Source: Chlorokybus atmophyticus (taxonomy: Eukaryota > Plantae > Mesostigma and Chlorokybus algae). From it: a stretch of 64,000 nucleotides of DNA. The notes beneath the pieces were generated by a model. It did no database searches. It worked only from the letters and a program-made list of their open reading frames with translations, and had not been told where the DNA came from. Position 1 is the first letter of the stretch; the number at the start of each line of letters is the position of its first letter. The translations under genes were made by a program, and so were the position numbers. Below, piece after piece: positions 11,475-22,180 of this stretch. The stretch is from NCBI GenBank assembly GCA_009103225.1, contig RHPI01000401.1, positions 149,455 through 213,454 on the forward strand, given 5' to 3'.

Positions 11475-14400
11475 GATCTGCTGGTACGCTTGACCCTTCC
11501 TTGTGTACATAACCTGTGAAATGTACAAGTGTGTTACTCACAGTAACCAATGCGTGCTTAGTAATGCCTTGTGTAATGCCTTGTGCCAAAAACACACTGA
11601 TAGTGTTGTTACCCGACAGTCCTATGGACAGCCGACTGTCCATGGGACTGTCAAGGAACAACACTGATGAGACAAGTAATGCGTACCTGCCTCAGCCTCG
11701 CCTGCTTTGTAGTACATGATGTGCCTGTCGTAAAACATACGCACAACCTCAGTTGTCGGCTGCTCTTGCCATCTGCCTTGATCAACTTGCTGCCAGTTGA
11801 GCTTCCTCTTGACCGCAATGGGTGACACCTTCTGGTTGCGACAGTCCTTATTGACCACCCACCGTGGTAGGCCTTGGCGAGCACTCGCTAATCTAGGAGC
11901 AGGCTTCAGGTAGTCAACCAACATGTTGCCTTCATTGTCAACTTGAGGCTGTCGAACAATAACAATCCATGGCTGTGGATCATCAGATACAGGTGCTGGT
12001 GGGTCAGTTGGCAAGCGAAAGTCAAAGACCGACTTCTTCTCATCCTCATGTCTCACAAGCAGCACATTCCCGGTTTCAGGCCATACTGGTAGAGGTATAT
12101 CAGCTGCTCGCAATCGCAGCTCTGGGTTGCTGAAATTGTAAGCCAGCATGTAGGGGAGCAGTCTTGGTCTCTCCGTCAGCATCCACACTTTGCGCAGCAG
12201 CTGGTGGCCTCGGACAAGAATGTTGGTGTTTTCCAAACGCCCCACATGCAAGGCACCGGAATCTGCGTCCATGCATTGATTTTCAGCAGCATCTTTTTGC
12301 AGGCTGTAGCGGTTGACAGCAATGTACACATGGCACTCGGTATGAAAGAACATGAAGATTTTGTTGACAATGGCTGGCCTGTTTCCATCCAGCATCACAG
12401 CATCCTTGCAGTCGCGCCTGTGTGTGAGAGAGAGAGAGAATATCTGTCAGTCGTTGTTTGACAGTGTCAGCATTGACAGTCTGCACGGCTGTCAATGCTG
12501 GGACTGTAGATATCAGAGATAGAGACCATATAACGGACAGTCGCACCAGTGACATTTTGTGTGACAGTCGTTGGTGGGACTGTCGATGACAACTGTGCTG
12601 CATTCATAATCAAGATATAAAGCACACCTGTATACCAGGCCGTCCCTCATATAGGCTTTGTAGTCGCGCACTGTTCGCCGTGTCGGGGTGCCAATGGCAA
12701 TGTTCTCTTGTGCACAGATGCTCTCGAACAAGCCGTCGCTCGCGACATAATGAGTGTTGCCTCGCCCAATCACTATGCCTTGTTCTTTGATGCGCCTGGA
12801 GTGTGCCAGGGTGGGGTATGCTTCCACAAGCGCCCAAATATCCTCTGCGTGCTTGATTGTGGCGACCTCATACCAGGTGGACCCGTTGAATTCTGTTTTG
12901 CAGATTGTAGACAGTATGTTGCCAACTCTATGGCAGAGCAGCAGGCCTGAACGCTGATCGTCACGCATGACGCCAAATAGTCGCACAAACCATCTCCTGA
13001 CAGAACGTTTTATAAAGCTGATCTCGTAATCCTTGCAGTTGGACGGGGTGTTGACATACAGCTTCACAGCGCGCTCAACGGCGTAGCACCAGAACACGTC
13101 ATGGCTGCCGTGTCTACGGATGTTGTCAAGCAGGTGGCAAGTTCCCGCAATGTGCTCCAAAATCTTTTTATTGGTGCCAAAGCAGATCTCGTTGTTGACC
13201 TTCCAGTACCTGAGCAATGCATCCGCGAGCTCCAGGCGGTCTGAATTCCAACCAAAGCGCCGTGAGATGTCAAAGAATAAGCGGAAGATCATGTGGAGAC
13301 ACATGACGAGATCTCTCCTTTCTTCGCTGAGCAGCTTGTGAAAAACATAGGGCACACCAAATTGCACGAAGAACTGGTGCTCCTGCGCCTTCCACCATCC
13401 AAGGCGACTGCTGAGGCCGTGTGGCCAGCGATTACCATTCTTCACCTCTCTTGGTCTTGCATTTCTCATCACGGACAGCCGACTGTCGATGTCAGCCTTG
13501 CTGACCTGCTCGTCCCCACCATCCATCAGAGTGCAGGCTGTCAAGCTCTTGGCCAGTCCTTCGGCTAGCGTGTGCATGGTATTAAAGACCATGTCCTGAC
13601 ATGGGTCAAACTTGTACATCCGCCAAAGCCTCCACAAAAGCGACAGCCCGTTGACGCCATACTTCTTGGCCTTTTCTTTCTTGCGATTGGGATCTTCAGT
13701 GCTTTCAACTTCATCGGCCAGCTGGTATGTGGCCTCTGCAGTTCTTTTGGCAAATGGATGGCGACTGTGGTAGCGGCTGCTAGCATAGTGGAAGTCGGTC
13801 CTGTTGCTCCGAGTTTCTTCAACAACATCGTTGCCAGTGCTGGGATCTTGAGTGACTTTTTTGGTGACAGTAGAGTGCCGGATATGAGTTGCCAGCAGGC
13901 AACAAGCCCTGCAACCGCATAAGCCGCCATTCTTGAATTGCCCCATCTCGCTTTGGGCTGGATTGTCACCGGCAATGTTCATGACCATGGCTCTCAGGAA
14001 AATCTTATCACCTGCAAACCATTGGAGGCATCAGGACTCATTGCTTCGTGCGCAGCAGCGCGCGTACGCGACTATGCACGGGACACAGCCGCGACTGTCG
14101 ATTTGGACTGTCGGACATGGGACCTGGAATGGACAGTCGCATGGACAGCCTTGCTCAAGCGAACTCATACAAGCATAGCAGTGGAGTGCATAAGATTGAC
14201 AGTCGCAGTTGACAGCGCAAAGACAGTCCTGAGCTTAAACAAGCACAGCAATGCATTCCATACATATGACAGTCGCAAGAACAGCTGCGTGCGCGTGGCA
14301 CTGCTAAACAGATGCATGCGAGCGTACCAGCCAATCGATGAGGGAGCTTGATGTCCACCTGGCTGGAGTCCAAACCGTAGTGCGTGGGGAAGCCCATGGC

Positions 14401-16558
14401 GTACAAATCCTCCAACTCATCCACCATGGGCTTCATGAACGGGTTCAGACAGTCCTTGTCCGCGTCGAGTAGCTCGTCAACTGGGACAAATACTACTGGC
14501 ATGATGGAAGACGCCTGTGAGCTGACGCGCTTGCCTCCATTGAGCACAACGACGTTGATGACAAGGGTGCTCCGCTTTGTAGTGGATGCGCAGCTGAAAC
14601 CATCACTGTGCATGAGCCCAATGTTGCGTGGGTCTCCAGTACACTGCTGCGCAGCCTCTTCATTCTCATAGGAGCACTCGCAATGCCATTTCTGATAACC
14701 ATCCTTGTGCTGCGACATGTCAATGTCATAATTGTAGCGTCCACAGTCGCATTTGTTTGGCAGAGGGATGGTCTTCGTGCAGTCCCAAAAAGCAGTCAGT
14801 TCTCTCCACTTGCTGCCATGCCAAGCTTCCCATTGAGGAGCTGGGGGATGGTTTGCTGGCACGTTGAACCAGGTGTCTTTGTCTCGCCAAGCAGCAAGGT
14901 TGTCATATGCGATCGAAGGAACTTGCAGCCACGGACCGAGTCTTGGACCAATGGGCGTGTATAAAAAATCTATACACTCCTTGCGCGTGCGCCCGCATTC
15001 GCCTCCGCACGGCTGTTCCCACAAGCGTTTCAGAATCTTATGGCGACTGTCGTCTTGGCAGCTGTCCTCGCAGTCACCGTAGCCTGATGGATAGGCATCT
15101 GGAAAGAGATAATTGCATCGTGTGCATGCTGTATATCTCTGTGACTCTGGCATTCCGATGGAAGTCAGCAATGCATCGACGGCCGTGATGTCAGCCGGCT
15201 CGGAGGGGTTGCGCTGGCCGAGCAAGGCATGGAGATCGTTACGGAGCTGACTGTGGTTGTAGGCGGGATCCTTGGCCAGCTGTACAATGGAGTCTTCGGC
15301 ACCAAAAACAGTCTTCAGCACGTTGTTGATCAGTGATTGCTGTGCATGAGAGTCCTCCAAGTCTGTCAGCAACGACATGAACTTGTCCAGCATTTTTTGC
15401 GTGGGTGTTTTCGAGGACTGTTGTTGACGAGAAATGCCGGGTTGAGGTGCATCACATTGCGCTGAAGGCATTGGCGGTGGGTGCATACTTTCTTGCGCTG
15501 CCTCGTCCAGTCGCATGTGAGCCAATGAAGTCTCCAACTCAACCCACTGCCCAATCGCAACATACGACTGTCAATGTAGGTAGCATGGATGGCAATGCTG
15601 AAAGTGCGCGCATGGTGGGCTACGGACGCGCATGGTGGCGCTACGGACAGTCGCAGGCATGCAGCATTCCCAGACATGGGCAGCTACAGTACGACAACTG
15701 TGCGCGCAACAAGTTCATTGCTCACCTTGCCAAGGCACCTTGGGCAAGAGCAAATTGTGTAGGACACTTCTTGCTGTTTTGGATCATCATCATTGCTACC
15801 AAGAGGCTTAAACATGTCTTTAATTGGCATGTCAACAGTCGGCTGTCGATCCGACTGATGCTGAAGTGGAGCAGTTGCGGCGCTGCTGGAGCTGGGCATG
15901 TTGACAGTCGGCTGTGGATCAGCCTGATGTTGAAGTGGAGCTGTCGCGGCACTGCTGGTGCTGGCAACATCGAAAATCGGCTGTCCACCTGACTGTTCCC
16001 TTTCGTGAAGTGTAGCTGCCGCTTCATTGCTGGTGCCGGCCAAATTGACAGTCGGCTGTCCAAGCACGGGATGCCTGAAGCAATCTTGCAGTCAGTGACA
16101 CACCACGTGCAATGGCACCATCGGCTGACAGTGGAGATCACAGCAAGGCAGCAAGTGCACTAAGGTGATCGACAGTCTCTTAGCATGGTGAAGGCTGTTT
16201 ATTTACATCATTCCTATTGTTAGTGGCATGCATACTGTCATGTATACTCAATGAAGAGCAGTACGCCAGGTACAACAGCGTGGTCAACTTACTGCTCATG
16301 CTGCTGGCTGATGTCGCTATGCTGCCCGAGCATGGCCGGATCTTCATGGGCGGGCTGAGGGTTGACAGCCTCAATGGGCTGGTCATCAACCACATGGTGC
16401 TGGACGACATCAGCCTGCTCCGGTAAGGGTAGGGAACTCTGTTGGCTGCGAAGGCGGTTGTTCCTACGAAAGGTGTTCCTCTTACTGGCTGGTTGCAAGT
16501 TGATTCCCAGCTTAGTACTAATGTCCTTGGCGAAGCGGACAGCCTTTTTACTGGCCAT
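11475..16558 (-). CDS. CACTA/En-Spm Tnp2-like DDE transposase, six exons, ~1350 aa; last exon interrupted by the Copia
   Basis: Exons 16558-16293, 16074-15726, 15567-14328, 14011-12628, 12417-11687, 11513-11475 (plus 44 bp seen at 6015-5972); all phases are consistent. Motifs: CSCPRC, DPRNIGLMHSDGF, PMVDELEDLY, NIAGDNPA, TMHTLAEG, WKAQEH, HLLDNIRRHGSHDVFWCYAVER. Confidence 0.9.
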
Positions 16559-16685
16559 TGGTACAGCTAGATTCTGCCAGCAAAGACACCGCCAACGAGG
16601 CCGCCGCCACCAACCAGAGCGCCGCCGCTCCCTCTCTGAGCGCAACCCTATTACGCAGACCATGTAGGTAGGAACCCTATTGTTG

Positions 16686-17690
16686 GCCCATGCACGTGAC
16701 TCGACAGTCGCACCATGCACGGTGCGACTGTCAAGTCTTCACTCCATGTAATTAGAATATGCCGACCGTTCGATACGCTTGAATCGACGGTCAGATGAGG
16801 CTGGGCTACGTTGTATCCCAGCGTCCGTGCAATCTTAGCTATGACGTGTATCATATACGAGAACATACCCAACACACTATCTTATGGCAATGGGAGGGAT
16901 GTGCTGGTTGGCCCTGTCAATGCATTCACTTGTCCGAATGCATGCACTAACGGGGTCAATGAGCACATCCTCCACTGCCATGATTTGCAGATCATTCTTT
17001 TTTCATCCGTTGCGCCGGTAGTGGCCAGTAGTGGCCCATGCATGGTGCGACTGCCCAGTCTTCACTCCATGTAATTACATAATATGCCGAACCGGAATCA
17101 TTTACGTGAGGACCAACCTCGAACCATGCATGGTTCAGCAATCATGTGGTACCGACCATGCATGGTCCCTACCCGCGGATACTCGGATTAGGAAGAGCCT
17201 GGTTGGGTTAAAGACCATGAATGGTCTGCAATCTTATGAAAATGTGGACCTGTATGAGCTTTCATGAGCCGCAGACCATGCACGGTGCGTGCTGCTTGTC
17301 AAAAGTGACCGATAAGCTCAGCGTGCACCAGCAATGGTCCGCCCAATGATTCCGGTTCGGACCAGCCACTTTGATGTTATCTACCGGAACATATATGGTC
17401 AGGCATTGATGTAGTCCGGACCATGCATGGTCCGTAGACCCATTGACAGTCGGACCGGGACAATGCCTGGTCCGGCTGCGAACCATTCATGGTCCGGACT
17501 TTCACGGCATATCGGACCGGTATATCACCTGGTCCGGCCGCGGACCATGTATGGTGCGCAACTGCTCGCCAGGTATCGGGGCCCCGAAAGGACCATGGAC
17601 GGTCCGTCCCCCGGGGACCAGGCACTCGTGGTCCTCGGGGCACGGACCATGTATGGCCCGCGGGGTCCGTGCAAGGACCATACATGGTCC
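16686..17690. repeat. Subterminal array of ~14 imperfect palindromes GACCATGCATGGTC
   Basis: Copies at about 17123, 17153, 17213, 17274, 17419, 17481, 17544, 17591, 17645 and 17676, plus degenerate ones. A ~45-bp segment is also repeated at 16722 and 17045. Confidence 0.9.
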
Positions 17691-17707
17691 CCGAACGTCA
17701 ATCCGTG

Positions 17708-18385
17708 TGAATGCAAGCACAGGTGTCACTCTCTTCCTTATGAATTACGGGCAACATCCATTGACACCGTTGACGGCATGGACACCGCGACGACATGACG
17801 TGCGTGTGGAGGCAGCTAATGACTTTCTTACAAAGTGCGCGGACATTAACAAGGCAGCTAGGGAGGCGCTATTGGTGGCGCAAAATCGGCAGAAGCAGTA
17901 CGCGGACGCGCATCGCCGACACCTCACTTTTCAGGAAGGCGACATAGTGTTACTCTCCGCGAAGCACGTACAGGTGCGTACGGGAGTTCGCAAGCTGAAT
18001 GAACGCTGGTTGGGACCGTTTAAGGTCAGCAAAGTTATCTCGGACGTGGCGTACAAGCTGGAGCTACCCGACACCATGCGTGTGCACCCCGTTTTTCACG
18101 TCTCCCTTCTGAAAGCATATCGAGGACAACCGCCAGAAAGGGTCGCCCCCCGAAGTTGGCACGGATGGTGAACCCGAGTGGGAGGTAGAAGACATCCTTG
18201 GTGAGAAGTTTGTGCATGGTGTACGCAAGTTCTTAGTGAATGGAAGGGCTATCCGTCGCATGAAGCATCCCGGGAGCCAGAGGCACACTTGACTAATGCT
18301 CAAGACGTTGTGCGTGACTATCTTGCTCGACGACAACCTCGCGAGCTTCGAGGACGAAGCTCATCTGGGGGGGAAGGAGTGTAAC
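17708..18385 (+). pseudogene. Ty3/Gypsy chromovirus integrase C-terminus (GPY/F motif) plus chromodomain, two frameshifts
   Basis: ASTGVTLFLMNYGQHP..RQKQYAD..RKLNERWLGPFKV..VAYKLELP..VHPVFHVSLLKAY, then EPEWEVEDILG..FLV.WKGY. Polypurine tract GGGGGGGAAGGAG at 18367-18379. Confidence 0.92.
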
Positions 18386-19045
18386 AGTCAAGACCAACTT
18401 TCGTGATTTTCATGGCCATTTTAGGCCTTATTTGTAAGGTATTATGTTTTTCATGACTTGTGGCGGATATCGGCGAGTTATGAGTCTGCCGCGGATATCG
18501 ATCGGGGCCCCAAGACCAGTCTGGAAGCCGCCAGAAAACGGAGGGCCAGTCGAGAAGGGCTCGACCAGATTTCTGGAAGGGCCTGGCGCCAAGTAGTATA
18601 ACTTGACCATATGAGCAGCACATTAATAGATCTTTGGTGCGTTGGAAAGGTCTAGAAGTGTACTACAAGATTCTGCAAGAGTATCTTAGCTTCTAGTTCC
18701 GTCTAGCGCTAGGATCGTCTAGACGGTAGCATGTGCAGATTGGTAGGTATAAAAGTGACATTCTACAATTTGACCTTTAACTCCCTAGTTTCTTGTGTGC
18801 AAGCTTGGTGGTGGCTAGAAGGGGTTGCTAGCGTGTGTCCACTGGTGTGTGCTTGCTTGTGTGACGATCCAAGGCGCTACACAAGTCGGTGTGTAGCTTC
18901 GAGCGCATGCGCGTGCGTACGCGAGTGGCGGGGCGCGCGTGTGTGCTTGGCAGAGGGGGCAAGGTTCCGGTGTGAATACCGTGTCTTGGTGAGAGGGTTG
19001 TGGATTGGACCAACTCACATGTAACAAGGCACGAGCACCGTCACA
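18380..19045 (+). repeat. Probable 3' LTR of the chromovirus (~665 bp)
   Basis: Starts TGTAAC right after the PPT, has TATAAAA near 18749, and plausibly ends GTCACA at 19045 (end inferred). Confidence 0.65.
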
Positions 19046-19628
19046 GGAAGCCTTAGCCTGGGCGTGGTCTGGACTGATCTGGTCTGGCGTGGTCTAATCT
19101 GGTCTTTTTCTGTTTGCACAGACGGTTTGAGGGCGTTGTGTTGTGTGTCTACGCCTATGAAGCTTGCATCTCAACATAGTCACCGATGCAGGATCCTTCG
19201 ACCTGTTGCTGGGACAAGATTTCAACTTCCCTGTTGGCATGGGGCTGAATCGCTGGACAAGAAGGCATGGTTTCGTTCCCATTGGGATAAGGAGGATGAA
19301 GAGGTTTAAGGATATCTGCCTCTCGAGCTGGTGGCTCGCATTCGCTCTCATTGAAGGTCAGCTGCAACAGCCACCTACAGGTCGATGTTGACAACCACTG
19401 ACAGGTCAGCTGCAACAGCCACCCATAGGTTGGTTTCGACAACCACTGACAGATCAGCTGCGATGGTCACCCACAACTCGGACCAAAAGTCTATTATCCC
19501 ATACGACAAATCTCAAGAAGACGCACCCACTAAAGAAGTGGCCCACAAGAAACCAGCGGAACGCCGCTGGCGCGCACAGGTGGTCGCACAATTACTACTA
19601 ACCAGACCACGGCTCACTTCACGGTTCC

Positions 19629-22180
19629 TGTTAAAGATATTCCTAAATCCAGGCGGACGGTCAGCTTGCCCTCTGAATAGGAATGGCCGCGAGAAGGCTC
19701 TAGGCGAGGACTCGAGTCGAAAGTTCCAGGCGCGTGAAGGTTCCAGGCGCGGAGTTGAGTCCGGAGTCTGGCGACTTCCAAACCTGCACGAGAACCGTCA
19801 TAACTCGGTGTTTAATGAACCGATTTGGGCGTTCTAAAGCTTAGTAGATAGCCCTTAAAAATAGCTACAAGATGTATCTTAAAACGCAGCATCAAATAAG
19901 TGTAGCGAACGTGGTGGCTTCTAAAGTAGACAGGTGTATAAAACCCGCGGACATGATGGCAATAGATGGTCTTAGTCTTGTTGTTGCAGCCTCTTGGCGT
20001 TGGTGTTGGGTGGCGTGCACACATGTGCATGTGTAGGTTTGTTAACGCATCTCAATAGGTTATGGGCCCACACATGCTAGTGTAGGGTGTAGTGAGTTGT
20101 TATCGTGTGAGTAGGTGCTTGCTTGGTGGGTAGGTTGCAGAGGCAACGGAGGTCACAAGCATGGACGGCATCAAGTTTACGACTGACCCACTGGACGTTG
20201 ACAATTACAACATCTGGAGGGTGAAGATGGAGCTGCTACTGACCCACAAGGAGTTGTGGAAGTATGTAGACCCGGCGGAGACAGTCCCTATAGGCGAGGC
20301 GAGTATTTTGATCGCGCAAGGGAAGAAGGCATTGTCGCTGATTGGCTTGCACATGGCGGATCATCACCTAGTGCTGGTGAAGGAGTGCAAAAGTGCAAGA
20401 AAGCTTTGAATAAAGTTGGAGAGCCACTTCAAGGCGCGCAACATGGCAAGGAGGTTGCAGTTGCGGTAAGAGCTTAACTCGTTGCGGAAGGACAGCGGAG
20501 AGCCTATTATCAAGTTCATTGCGCGAGCAAAGGCGTTGTGGAAGGACTTGGTGGGCGTCGGCCACGAATTGAAGGAAGTTGAGGTAGTGTGGGCTGTGCT
20601 TTTGGGATTGCCTAAGGAGTATAGAGTGGTGGTCACTATCATGGAGTCCAGGACTTGTCGCTAGATGGAGTGACACCTAGACTTTTTCAAGAGGAGAAGT
20701 GCTTGAGGAAGGAGGATGATGATGGAGAAGGAGCACTTGGAGGCACTATGGCATTCACGTCATCATCGAAGCATCATGTGAGGAAGGGCGTTGGAGGCAT
20801 CAACGTTAAGTGTTGGCACTGCGGGGAGCGTGGTCACATCAAGATGAAGTGTCCCAAGTTGAAGAAGGCTGATGGTGAGCATCGAGCGGTTGCTTTCAAT
20901 GCATCGGATGAGGGAGCGGAGTATCTTGGGTGGGTGCTGGACACGGGAGCGAACATGCATCTCACAAGCGATAGGAGCAAGCTCGCCAACCTCACTCCGT
21001 TGAGTAAGCTTGTCACGGTGGATTTTGGGAACATGAAGATGCTGAATGCTGTTGCAAAGGGCGACGTCAACTTGAGGTGCAAGGTTGGTAGTGCCGTGAG
21101 AGACGTTGTGCTTAAAGATGTACTGTATGTGCCAAGTGCATCTGCTAGCTTGTTCTCAGTACGTGTAGCCACGAGGGTTGGTGCTAGGGCTGTGTTTGAT
21201 GCGGACAAGGGTAGGATAGTCCTTGGGGACGTCACACATGTGGTAGGCATCAACAAGGGTGGGCTCTACTATGCTGAAGAGGAGGACATCGCACACAAGG
21301 TTGTCGCAAAGACAAGGGTGGTTGAGAAAGAGTTCAAGACACCACAAGGTTTGAGCAACAAGGAGGCACTGAAGGTTGCTATGAAGCGGACAAGCTCGGA
21401 GCCCGTGGGAGCTGCAAAGAGTTATAAGCAAGTGGTGGAGAGCACGGTGGATAAGGAAGAGCCAAGGGCTACCACCAGAGCTAGAGTTGCTGTTTCAGGA
21501 GGACAGGTGCAGCAGGCGCAGGGCCACAAGGAGCAAGATGCGAGAGGACGTCTCAAAGGCTCAAGTTGCTGCGGAGGACACATCTGTAAAACGGAACCGG
21601 TTTCAGGCGCTCACGGGAAGCATGGAGGAGGTGGAGGAAAAAAAGGTCACAGGCTTCGTCGCAATCGTACGCAAAAAGAGAGGCAAGGCTAGCATGAGAG
21701 CTAGCGGTGCATGAGTTTAAAGGGGAAAAGTGTGGAAGGCCAAGCTGCCCACAAGGGAGTGTTAAGAATATTCTTACATCTAGGCGGACTGTCAACTTGC
21801 CCTTTGAATAAAAATGGCCGCGAGAAGGCTCTAGGCGAGGACTCAAGTCGAAAGTTCCAGGCGCGTGAAGGTTCCAGGCGCGGACTCGAGTCCGGTCTGG
21901 CGACTTCCAGGCCTGCACAAGAATCGTTATAACTCGGTGGTTACTGCACCAATTTAAGCGTTCTACAGCTTAGTAGATAGCCCTTACAAATAGCTACACT
22001 TCTTAAGACACAGCATTCAAATAAGTGTAGCGAACGTGGTGGCTTCTAGAGTAGACAGGTGTATTCCTGACGGGTATAAAACCCGCGGACATGATGGCAA
22101 TAAATGGTCTTAGTCTTGTTGTTGCAGCCTCTTGGCGTTGGTGTTGGGTGGCGTGCACACATGTGCAACGCATCTCAATA
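19629..22180 (+). mobile_element. Non-autonomous Copia-type element: LTRs 19629-20057 and 21760-22180, PBS 20058-20070, TSD GTTCC
   Basis: Two diverged direct repeats TGTTAA...CTCAATA, PBS GGTTATGGGCCCA and purine tract AAGGGAG before the 3' LTR. GTTCC at 19624-19628 and 22181-22185. Confidence 0.93.
20161..21692 (+). pseudogene. Copia Gag, zinc knuckle and protease with stops and a frameshift; no integrase, RT or RNase H
   Basis: LDVDNYNIWRVKMELLL; CWHCGERGHIKMKC; WVLDTGANMH. Premature stops near 20407 and 20467 and a frame change near 20655. Confidence 0.88.

Larger units (their letters stand above)
1..17707 (-). mobile_element. CACTA/En-Spm (CMC superfamily) DNA transposon with a cargo gene; left end outside the window; contains a nested Copia and an assembly gap
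   Basis: Tnp2-type transposase, convergent cargo gene 20 bp away, and one motif (GACWGTC) enriched throughout. A subterminal palindrome array ends at CCGTG (17703-17707), where unrelated chromovirus sequence begins. The right boundary is inferred. Confidence 0.8.

Noticed and set aside
17030-17700. Palindromic repeat array as CRISPR, and the many ORFs over it
   Set aside because: Eukaryotic context, irregular spacing, degenerate 14-bp units and no cas genes. The ORFs are stop-poor by-products of the repeats.
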